In this document: positions 25,383-36,100 of the stretch, in pieces
Layout of the letters: each line of letters opens with the position of its first letter
Position numbering within the stretch: position 1 is the first letter of the stretch
IMG/VR virus record: IMGVR_UViG_3300033273_000313
Span: 2,025-66,024 of that record
DNA from: a virus
Taxonomy: Duplodnaviria > Caudoviricetes
Reading direction: 5' to 3' (one strand)
DNA length: 64,000 nt
The notes under the pieces: generated by a model
Seen by the model: the letters and a program-made list of their open reading frames with translations, nothing else
The model's database searches: none
Told to the model about the DNA's origin: nothing
Made by a program: the position numbers and the translations under genes

Positions 25383-25649
25383 ATGAAATACCAACTATCA
25401 CAACAATATTGTTTTTACATGGGTATGGTAGTTAGGATGTATTTCATCCAAGGTATTCCTTACACATTTGATGAACTACCTCTTATTGTACAAGATCATC
25501 CAGCAGTTCAAGCAGAAGCACTCGCTGGTCGTGACTGGGACGATGAGGAAATGTATCTCTGGTCGTCATATCTTGTGACGGAAGAATGTCACCCACTGAT
25601 GTTTGAGCTCCAATTAGATAATCCTGCTTTATTACCACAAGATGATTGA
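25383..25649 (+). CDS. conserved cyanophage hypothetical protein
   Basis: VRMYFIQGIPYTFDELP...EECHP; overlaps the cpeT start. Confidence 0.75.
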   Translation: MKYQLSQQYCFYMGMVVRMYFIQGIPYTFDELPLIVQDHPAVQAEALAGRDWDDEEMYLWSSYLVTEECHPLMFELQLDNPALLPQDD

Positions 25650-26166
25650 AACTTTGAATTCTTGGTTAACTGGAAAATTTGAAAACAAAATTCAAGCATT
25701 TTCAAATCCATCGAAGTATGCTATGATTACGGTCACTCATATCCCTATTTGGGATGGGTGGTTTTATGGTGAGCAAGGTTATTCTTATAGACAAAATGCT
25801 CCATATCGTCAATTTGTTCTTCATCCAGTAGAAGAAGCAGATTCATTTAGAATCTACAACTACGAGATTATTGATCCCAAACAATTTATTAATGGTCGTA
25901 ACCTTGACAAATTGACGAAAGACATGATACAATTAAAAGATGGTTGTACAGTCAACCTCACATTCGATGGATGCTCCTTTCGAGGAGGGTTGACAGGATG
26001 TGATTGTTATGTAGAATGGAATGGGAGAGACACCTATCTCAATAACGAGATAGAGTTGACTCCTACCCATTACTGTGTGAAAGATCTTGGATTCTGTCAG
26101 AAAGATCACCATCAAATTTGGGGATCAAAGTATGGCAGATTTGAGTTCAAACGTATGGGGTTGTAG
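25642..26166 (+). CDS. cpeT: CpeT/CpcT-family (T-type) phycobiliprotein lyase
   Basis: G.F.NK.QA..NP..YA.I, YGEQ.Y..PYRQ, GC, C.V...G..TYL, D.G......WGS..G.FEF.R. Confidence 0.9.
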   Translation: MIETLNSWLTGKFENKIQAFSNPSKYAMITVTHIPIWDGWFYGEQGYSYRQNAPYRQFVLHPVEEADSFRIYNYEIIDPKQFINGRNLDKLTKDMIQLKDGCTVNLTFDGCSFRGGLTGCDCYVEWNGRDTYLNNEIELTPTHYCVKDLGFCQKDHHQIWGSKYGRFEFKRMGL

Positions 26167-26230
26167 CTCAGGTGGTTAGAGCGCCTGCCTGTCACGCAGG
26201 AAGTCGAGGGTTCAAGTCCCTTCAGTCCCG
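26157..26230 (+). tRNA. tRNA-Asp(GUC)
   Basis: Cloverleaf; anticodon arm CCTGC-ctGTCac-GCAGG; TTCAAGT T-loop; no encoded CCA. Confidence 0.93.
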
Positions 26231-26282
26231 TTGGTAGGCGATGTCTACCATACGAGTCGGGATCATCATATCCGACTCACCC

Positions 26283-26356
26283 GCCACTATAGCTCAGCTG
26301 GATAGAGCAACGGTTTTGTAAACCGTAGGTCGTCGGTTCAAGTCCGACTTGTGGCT
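26283..26356 (+). tRNA. tRNA-Thr(UGU)
   Basis: Anticodon arm ACGGT-ttTGTaa-ACCGT; GTCGG-TTCAAGT-CCGAC T-arm. Confidence 0.93.
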
Positions 26357-26403
26357 CTAGGGGAGTACAAAAGACCTCTATTTAGAAAGAGCGCCCCTTA
26401 TAA

Positions 26404-26486
26404 GTCGGTATGGCGGAATTGGTAGACGCGCTGGGTTTAGGTTCCAGTGTCTTTATGACGTGGAGGTTCAAGTCCTCTTACCGACA
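26404..26486 (+). tRNA. tRNA-Leu(UAG)
   Basis: GGCGGAATTGGTAGACGC D-arm, anticodon TAG, long variable arm, discriminator A. Confidence 0.93.
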
Positions 26487-26499
26487 TTTTGGAGGTAGT

Positions 26500-27120
26500 A
26501 TGATCAACGTATATGATGATTGGATAGCACCAGAACTACGTAATATTATACGAGATACACTGTATTCCAGTAATTTTCCTTGGTATCTTCCATCTACCAA
26601 GTGGAGTACAGTGCCACATGAAGTTAGGGCAAAATTTGACGACAACGATCAAGTAATTGATTCGTCAATGATGGTCCATCCTATGATTATACAGGGTTGG
26701 GAACAACATACAGGTGGACATGAAGCACTGATGATGTTCCTTATTCGATCATTTTTTGAACAGATATCAGAAAATAAAAGTATTGATATCAATATTCATA
26801 GGATGAAAGCAAATTTGATGCACAAGCAAATTTGTGATAAACCGTTATTTTATAATCCACCTCATGTAGATTATTTGGGAGAAATTCCAGATGATCATTT
26901 TGCTGCTGTATGTCTATACTATGTCGATGATTCTGACGGAGACACATTTTTCTTCGATGCCGATTGGGATATCATACAGCGAGTAACTCCTAAAGCAGGT
27001 AGAATGGTTCTGTTTGAAAATGAAGTTAATCATGCTTCATCACCACCCCAAGAATATGAGGGTAGAATCGTTCTAAACACAAACATATTCTTGCCGATCG
27101 AGGCACGATGCCTTGTATAA
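26500..27120 (+). CDS. 2OG-Fe(II) oxygenase
   Basis: GGAGG RBS; PHVD, LYYVDDSDGDT.FF, PKAGRMVLF...HAS..P...RIVLN. Confidence 0.88.
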   Translation: MINVYDDWIAPELRNIIRDTLYSSNFPWYLPSTKWSTVPHEVRAKFDDNDQVIDSSMMVHPMIIQGWEQHTGGHEALMMFLIRSFFEQISENKSIDINIHRMKANLMHKQICDKPLFYNPPHVDYLGEIPDDHFAAVCLYYVDDSDGDTFFFDADWDIIQRVTPKAGRMVLFENEVNHASSPPQEYEGRIVLNTNIFLPIEARCLV

Positions 27121-27123
27121 ATA
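27116..27123 (+). promoter_or_regulatory. T4-type late promoter (TATAAATA)
   Basis: Exact T4 gp55 consensus 37 nt upstream of the giant structural gene. Confidence 0.8.
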
Positions 27124-27160
27124 CATTGAAGAAGAAGAACAACCCAGGGTTTAGCTAATT

Positions 27161-30100
27161 ATGGCTCTTACAAGACTTGATAATCTGTACTCAAGTAAGA
27201 CTGGTAAGTACCTATACGTATCGCCAGACGACTTTAATGCTACTGATGAACTAGACAATAGAGGTAATAGTCCTCTACGTCCGTTTAAGACTATCCAGAG
27301 AGCCTTTATTGAGGTTGCAAGATACTCGTTCCTACCTGCTGAAGGCGGAGAATCTGTACCTGACCGTTTTGACCAATTTAGCATCATGCTGATGCCTGGT
27401 GATCACTTTATTGATAACCGTCCTGGTCTTGTAGATTTGCAATCTGGTGATAATCAGCGTTATTTTGATGCTAAGAACCTGATTACAGCAAACCGTCAAG
27501 AGATTATTGACCGTTCTTTTGCCGAGATTGCTGTTCAATATGATGAAGTTACCTGGGGTACAGACTGGGTAGTTCCTGGTGACGATGCTGCTGATGACCA
27601 AAGCAGATACTATGATGCTTATCGTCTGATCCAGAAAAACAGAGATTATATTCAAGCAAGATCTACTGCTGAAGTTGCTGTTCAATACCCTGACTTCTAT
27701 TTCCCTGATGAACCACAAACTGATAGTGCTAGCAGATTTGCCGATGCTTATCGTTTGATTCTTCAGAACAAAGCAGATATTGTTGATATTGCTTGGACTG
27801 ACACTCTTGCTGCTTATCCAGCAATTAACACAACCGAAACTAAGTGTAGGCGTGACCTCGGATACTATATTGAGCACCTAGCACTTGACTTATTCTATGG
27901 TGGCAACCAGTATACTAGAGAGTTTATTCTTCAGTATTTTGAGAATGCTACAACTCAGATTGGCAATGGTCTGGCAGGCGAAGAGACTGAATCTCTCTAC
28001 GCTTTTGCTAACGCTACTGCCCTTATGAAGGCAGCACTAACAAACCAAAGCAGTGTTACCTTAAATGGTAATGTGTATGATATTACTGGTTGGACGAAGG
28101 ACCTTACTGTAACTGCTGACCCTGTTACTGGTTCCAATACTGATTCCGCTTCTTGTGCTAACGTTCAGACAGCACTAGATACTCTAACCACTATTGTTAG
28201 TGATGTATTCACTGCTGGCAATACTAATGGTCTCCCTGCTGAAGATACTGGAGATGCTAGTGAAGGCAAACTAAAGTGTAAGCGTGACGTTGGTTACTTT
28301 ATTGATGCTATCTCACTTGACGTTTCACTTGGTGGTGGTAACGTCTATACTAGAAAGTATACTCAAAACTACTTCAATGCTGGCGGAACTTCTTGGGTAG
28401 ATGATGGTCTCCAAGGAGAAGAGCAAGAGTCTATTGTTGCTTTCAACACAGCAAGAGACTTGATGATGGAAGCATTAACCAATCAACTTGGTTACAAAGA
28501 TCTATCTATTACTCACGATCCAAATCCAGCAAATGGACCTGTTGGAAGTGGTATTGAGTACAATAATGTTTCTTGCCAAAATGTAAGATCTTTTGTTAAT
28601 ACTCTTGCTGCTATTCCTGTTACTTATTTCCAGCAAGGTAGTCTTGACAACTTTGTAGAAGAAACTGTTGCTGATGTAGAAGACGGAGCAGCAAAGTGTA
28701 AGCGTGACATTGGTTATATTGTTGATGCTGTTGCTGCTGACCTTGGCAACGGCGGTAACGGTAGTATTATTGCTGCCACCAAAGCATATTTTGACAAGAA
28801 CGGTTTACCAATTAGTAACGGTCTTGTCGGTGAAGAAGCACAATCAGTTGTCGCCTTCAGTTATGCTGGCGTAATGATGAAGAAGGCAGTTACTAACCAA
28901 CTGTATTCCAAGGATCTCACTATCCTTGCTGGTCCTGCTTCTTACTCTGGTTATGAAACAAATGATCCTATTGTTCCAAACCTACCATCAGGTAACGCTG
29001 CTACCTGTGTAGATGTACAGGCAAGCATCGATACTCTTATTGGCATCATCACCACAGTTATTACTGATGGCGACCTTGATAGTCTCAACAGTGTACAGGT
29101 TACTGGTGATATCCCTGTATTCAACTATAACAGAGCACTACAGGAATGGCAGGACAATAGCATCCTAGACCTTTCTAATCCAGATAATGTTCTCTACAAG
29201 TTTAACTCGGCTTCTGGTGGCGCTATTGTTCCTAGAGGTTGTTCTCTTATTGGTTACGACCTTCGTCGTACCATCGTTCGTCCTCTATATGTTCCTGACC
29301 CCGCTGATCCCTCTACCGAAAGAACCTCCATCTTCAACCTAACTGGTGGTTGCTATCTCTGGCAGTTCACGATCAAGGACGGTGATCTATCATCGAACTC
29401 TCCACTATATGATAATAGTGCTAAGGTAGGTAAAGTATACTTCCAGAAAGGCAACAACACTCAACTTGCCATTCCTGAGTATTCTCACCATAAGATCTGT
29501 ATCATGACTTATGCTGATACAGATGATCTACAACTGTATTACGATAAAGTCGGTACAGCATTTGCTCTATTCCAACCAACAATTGATGATGGCGACTTTA
29601 CTGCTCTGCCACAGGAAAACAGAATTGTTGGTCCTCTATCTGATACTAGAAGTATTATTAACATCAGACTGGTTGAGCAACTTGCCAATGGTAAGACTGT
29701 TATTGAAGCAACCACCAAAGTTGCTCATGGATACTTCAAAGAGCAGTACATCGCTATCATTGACACTGGACTCAATGATGCCCTGAATGGTACATTCAAG
29801 GTTACTGCTATCGATGAAGATAACCCTAAACTGTTCCGTTATGAGGTAGATACAACTCCTCAACAGTTGGGTCTAGACATTAACACTGTTGGTTATACTA
29901 CACCTGATCTAAGTCTTGCTGCTAGAGCACAGGCAGAGATCGACTCGGTTGAATCTGCTTCTCCTTACGTCTTTAACTGCTCCATCAGATCCACCTGGGG
30001 TCAGTGTGGTATGTGGGCAGATGGTTCTAAGGCGACTGGATTTAAGTCGATGGTTGTTGCCCAGTATACGGGTGTTTCGCTACAGAAGGACGACCGTGCT

Positions 30101-33100
30101 TTCATCCGCTACGATGAGTTCAGCAATACCTGGAACCAGGCATCTCTAACTGATGCTTTCGCTACCACTGCTTATCACACCAAGGGTGATGCTTACTGGA
30201 AGGATGATTGGAGAAACTTCCACATCCGTGCTTCTGATGACTCCTTCATCCAGTGTGTTTCGGTCTTTGCTGTTGGTTTCTTCGATCACTTCTTGATGGA
30301 AAGTGGTGGTGACATGTCCATCACCAACTCGAACTCTAACTTCGGTAATACATCACTTCACTCTGTTGGTTTCAAAGGATTCTCCTTTAACCAAGACAAA
30401 GGTGGATACATTACTGACATCGTTCCTGTCAAGAAAGTTGATATCAGCGCCTTCAACCAGGAAGATCTTAAGTATTATCCTCTATCTAACCAAGCAACTA
30501 AGGTTGATGGTAACCAGACCAGACTATACTACTCTGGAGATGATGTTTATTCTCCATTCATTAAACCCGCTACTTCTATTGACGGATATAGACTCGGTGC
30601 TCTAACTAACGATAAAGTATACCTCAAACTACCTAAGTTGGGTGGTGGCAATGACATCTATGAGTCCACTGTTTCACCTTCTGGTTTCAGACAGTATACT
30701 GCTTCCCTGGAGACTCTAAACCCAGATGGCGTTCAGATCAATAACAACGCCCAGGATGCTTCTAACCTTATCGAGACGAACAAAGAGTTCATCCAAAGAG
30801 AGGCATACAACTACATCATCACCCGTTATCCTGAACTACAAAACAACTCTAACATCACTATTTCTAAGTGTGAAAGAGACATCGGATACATCGTTGATGC
30901 TGTTATCCAAGACTTGAGAATTGGTGGTAACATCAATACTATTCAGGCAGCAGAAGGTTACTACGTTGGTGGTACTCTTTCTTATATTGATGGTGAGTTC
31001 AACGAATCTATCGAAGCATACGAGTACGTTAAGAACTTGACTATCGCTGCTATGAGGAATTTTGATTATCTAATCAAGAATCCTACAGTCACTGCTGGTT
31101 CTGCTATTCTTGATATTGGTAGCACCGCTGGTATTCTAGTTGGTATGACTGTTACTCAGTATGAGTACAATGCCACTAACTTCACCAACGGTAGACTCAA
31201 TCGTGATAATGCTGTTCAGGTAACTGGTGGTTCTGCTCTACTACCACTAAATGCTTATGTCAGACGTGTTATTGATGGTTCTAGAATTGAAATCGGTAAC
31301 TCTGCTCCTGTCCTAACTACAGATGCTAACGGTAACATCAGTGCTACATTTGGTAATGCTGTTGTAGCATCTAACAGTTCTACTTCTGGTGCTTATCTAC
31401 ACTTCGAGTTCCCACAAACTGCTTCCACTTCTGATAGCGATGATGTTCTACAGGGTGGTTACAGTGATATCAACCCAGTAAGAGACAGTTCTGTACTTCA
31501 AGACACTAGCGTCTGGGATGCTGCTGATAAGGGTTATCCTGAGTGTAATGACATCCTCACTCTTATCGAGGGTTACTTCACTGAGTTCTTCTTGATCCTC
31601 AACAATGGTCTAACACCTCTTGGCGGCACCGAAGTTGATGCTCATAACCTAATCCTTGCTAATAAGGAGTTTATCGCTGCTGAGGCAGTCGATAGAATGC
31701 TCATCAACAACCCTGTATTCTCTGTTCCTGGTGGATCTGTAAACTGTACTGATGACGTTGAGGCAGTTCTAGAAACTATTGCTTACAACATTAAGTACGG
31801 CGGTAACGACAGAGTATATGACGCTGCTCTACTTTACGTCCAGCAACCTGGACTACTCAACGACGAAAGAGACGAGTCAGTAGAAGTTTACACAAACATG
31901 AGAGATCTGGCGATCTCTGCTATGAGAAACGAACCAATTACTATCCAAGGTTCTCATGGTTTGACTCAGACCATCGACAACAATGTTCTTGGTGATACTT
32001 CCAGTCAACCTGGAGTATATGACTTCGCTAATGACTGTGCTGACGTTGCTAGCTCCATCACCGTCTTCACTGCTACTATCACTCAAGCAATCGGTACAGA
32101 TGCTGCTCCTGGTAACCTAGTTGGTATCACCAGAACAGAACCTGCTTTCAACGTTGCTACAAGAGTTGAACCAGTTGTAGACACTGCTAACCTCGCTTCC
32201 CGTGCTACTCTGTTCACCATCAACACTGGTGGTTCTACTTCCGATCCTCACCTGTTTGAGACTGGAACTCCTGTAAGACTTGTTCCTAAGATCAGATCTG
32301 GTGTTGATCCTACAACAGTAGACAAGCGTGTTATCAGACTTCCAAAAGGATTCGACACTAACACCATTTACTATGTAATTGCTCCTGGCAGAACTACTGA
32401 ACCAGAAGATTATTCTGATGGCGCTACCTATCCTAACGTCTTTGAGAAGACCAATACAACTAAGTTGATGTTGGCAACGACGAAGGAGAATGCCGCCGCT
32501 GGTATCTACATGTATTCTCCAGAGACTGACTCTGTTGACTATGATGTAGAAATTGGCATCAATCAGTTTGTACTTGACGAGTCTTATGATCTCCACAAGT
32601 ATGTCTGTAACTTCCCAACTGGTCTAACTGACGTTCTAGAGACCGACGTTCCACACATCTTTGACGTTCCTGGAACTGAAAATGTTGTACATGAAGTTTT
32701 CTTCAGAACATTCGGTACTGGTTCTACCCTACCTCAGATTACAACTGGTGGTGTTACTGCTGAAGTCAACACTAATCAGTTCTACTATGTACGATTCGTC
32801 ACTCCTAAGACATTCGCTGTATTTAACACCAAGGCAGAAGCAGTTGCTGGTTCACCTAGAATCACGTTTGCTCCTAACTTCGGTCAAGACTTCTATGTCT
32901 TCGCTAACAAGCGTGTTTCTCCTGTAAAGTTTGACCCAACTAGAGACGATTCTGCTCTACCTGAGGCAAACAGAGAGACAACTACAGGTCAATGGTACAT
33001 TCAAACTACAGACGATTATGATCCTGCTGTAAACATTCAGGCAAGAATGAACGAGATCGGTCAAGATCTCAAGGATGCTCGTTCTAAGAACACTTCCTAT

Positions 33101-36100
33101 AAGCGTCTCAAGGATGAGAGAACTGCTCAGGATAGGATCTATCGTCTACGTTATGTCATTCCTAAGTATGCTGAAGGTGTACGTGATCCTCTCAACGGTT
33201 TCGTTATCAAGGCAAGAACTGACGAGACAAGAAAACTCCTACCACAGAGAATTCTACTGAAGCCTACTGCTTCTGGTCTTGCTGATGTTGCTCTATTCGA
33301 GACACAAATTCAACTCACTGCTGGTGGTACACTTGCCCAGCAACTAGGTCTTCCTGCTGCTTCCCTTGATCCTAACTTTGACTACGATCCATATCTAAGC
33401 AGTCAGGTCAAGCAGATTACATCTGATAGAGTTGCTTCTAAGACTGCCTTTAGCATCCAATCTGCTAGACAGGTTGATGTTAGTGGCACTAACTACTTAG
33501 AACTAACCGTATTTGACCACACAATCACTGATGACGCTGTAAGAAACGAGCAGTTTGTAACTGTTAGAATCAATGCTCCTCAGGGTGGTGATGGCAACTT
33601 CAGAATCAATACTTCTACCTCCAATGATCTTAACAAGATTACCTGGAACGGTTTCTCTTCTGGTTTCGGTTTTGTTCAAGGTTACTTCAACCCAGACGGC
33701 ACTGATGAGCATTACCTAGTCCTTAAGGGTCTAGATGATGATGTCGTTGTATATGATAAGAACTCTGCCACTACATTCTCTCAACCAGTTCTGGATGCTG
33801 ACAATGATCCTGTACTGGATGCTAATGGTAACCAAGTTCTAATCTATGCTACCCTACAAGCAAAACCAAATAGTGTTGGTTCTCCTAATGACTCGCTAAG
33901 CAAGTCTGACAGAAAGGATTACCTCTATAGCGACAAGAACTCCAACGTTCTTACCATGACTCCTGGTGATATTATCACTGACGATGATGGTAACGACTAC
34001 GAGATTGCTTCTGTTACTGATGCTGGTCAGATCGAAGACACCTTCTACATCTTTGACATTGAAGAGATCAAGCGTCGTATTCCTAACCAGCAAGAAGGTA
34101 TCTACTATCTAACTTGTGTCAAGGGTAACGTTTCACCATTCCCAACTGGTCCTGGAATTGGCACCAACTTCCGTGGATTTAAGTTCTCTCAACCTATTGG
34201 TCAACTGTATCCTCTAGACTACAAGAACGATCCATTGTGGTTCCAGATCCGTCCTGACGATACCAGAGACGCCACGATCCTTGATACTCCACCGACTATT
34301 TGTGCTGCTGACAACTTCATCCATGGTCTTGTTACCACTAATGACTACAAGAACAGTGAAACTAAGGAAGTTATTCTTGACTTCATCGAGAACCCTGCTC
34401 TAGAAAGATATGAGTACACAACTAATGCCATCGAAGCACAAGATGGTAACGCTGCTTCTGGTTCTGAAGACAGACTAATCCCAATTAGTGGTGATTCGAT
34501 CTATCCTACAGAGAAGAGACTATACGTTGAACTACGTCGTCCTTCTATCGCTAGATCTGGTAACCATACGTTTGAATACCTTGGTTTCGGTCCTGGTAAC
34601 TACTCAACTGGTTTCCCACTTCGTCAGGAAGTTGTCCTGGAAGACATCCAAGACTTCTACGCCCAGGCGAAGCGTGAAGACGGCGGTATCGTCTTCTACA
34701 CTGGTCTGAACTCCAACGGTGACCTCTATATCGGTAACCGTAAGATCAACGCTATCACGGGTGAAGAAACCTTCCTTGAGCGTGCTGAACTTCTATCGTC
34801 TGATGATGACGGTGGTGATATTGGTGGTCTGGTTACAACCTTCGAACTACCTGTTGCTTTCGAGCAAGAGATCACAGTTGACGGCAACGCTCTGTTCAAC
34901 AACCCTGTAACCATCAACGTTGATGATGACGAACCAAATGCCTTCACGGTTGTTTCTAACGTCTCTTCTAGCAACGGTGGTGACCTAACTCTAGACTCCA
35001 GTTCCTGGAGCAGAAGCACCATTGCTTCTGAGGGTAATGTTGTTATCCATCAGAACCAGATCTTCTCTGCTATATACAGACTAAATCCACGTGGTAGCAC
35101 CACTCTATCTGGTCAAGACTATAGCATCAGAACTCACGTTGATCAGAATGCTGGTAATACTCCAACTAATAAGACACCTAATCAAACTAATAGTAATCTG
35201 GGTATTGAGGTTAAGTATGGTTCTCTAGCTACAAGCGAAGGTCCTCTTGCTGGCGACATCCTACTCAAGGGTGAGGAAGTTGGTCAAACTGGTTCTCTTG
35301 GTTGGATCTATGCTAACTACTACAACCCAATCACTGCTAACGTAGCATCTTCTACTGCTGCTGGTGGTTCTTTGGTGACCTTCACCATGGCAACAGGCGA
35401 ATCTCCTTCTGCTAATGATATTGTCCTTGGTTCTATCGTTAAGATCTCTGGTCTAGAAGGTAGATTCCTCAATGTCAACGGCATTAGAGAGGTTACGGCA
35501 GTAACTGGTACTGGATTCTCTGTTAATGCTCCAGTTATCATCGAGACCAGTCAGGTTGATGATCCTACTGCTATTCCTGCTGGTGGTGTTATCTCTGTCT
35601 CGCTCTCCAAGTGGACTGAGACTGCTCTAATCGGTGCTGAAACACTTAGAACTGACACCGCTAATAATGGTGATTACAGACTAGGCATCAACACCCTAGC
35701 AAGATCTGCTCATAGTGATTATCTACAGGGATTCACTTCTGATGCTGTACAACCAAGAGCAAACTTGGATGTTGTTGGTACAGCATTCATCAGTGGTAAG
35801 ACTCTTGCTACCAATGGTTATGATAACTTCCCACTACTTGCTAACAGAACGTTTGCTGAAGTCAACAACGCTCTACTAGTTGGTGGTAACTCTGTTGATC
35901 CTAATGTCGAAGCAACATTTAGAGTTGCTACAACGAATGGTCTACAAGGTCCACATGCTGGTCAATCTACTGGCACTGCTAGAACTGTTCCTGGTGGTAG
36001 AGTTGGTATTAACGTCTCCGATGGTCTTACTAACCACACTTTAACAGTTGTTGGTGACATGAGACTAACAGAGAACGCTCTGTTTGAAGAGAACCTAGCA

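Noticed and set aside
26410-26499. N-terminal extension of the oxygenase ORF in the supplied track
   Set aside because: It is the tRNA-Leu sequence read in frame; the likely start is ATG 26500 after GGAGG.
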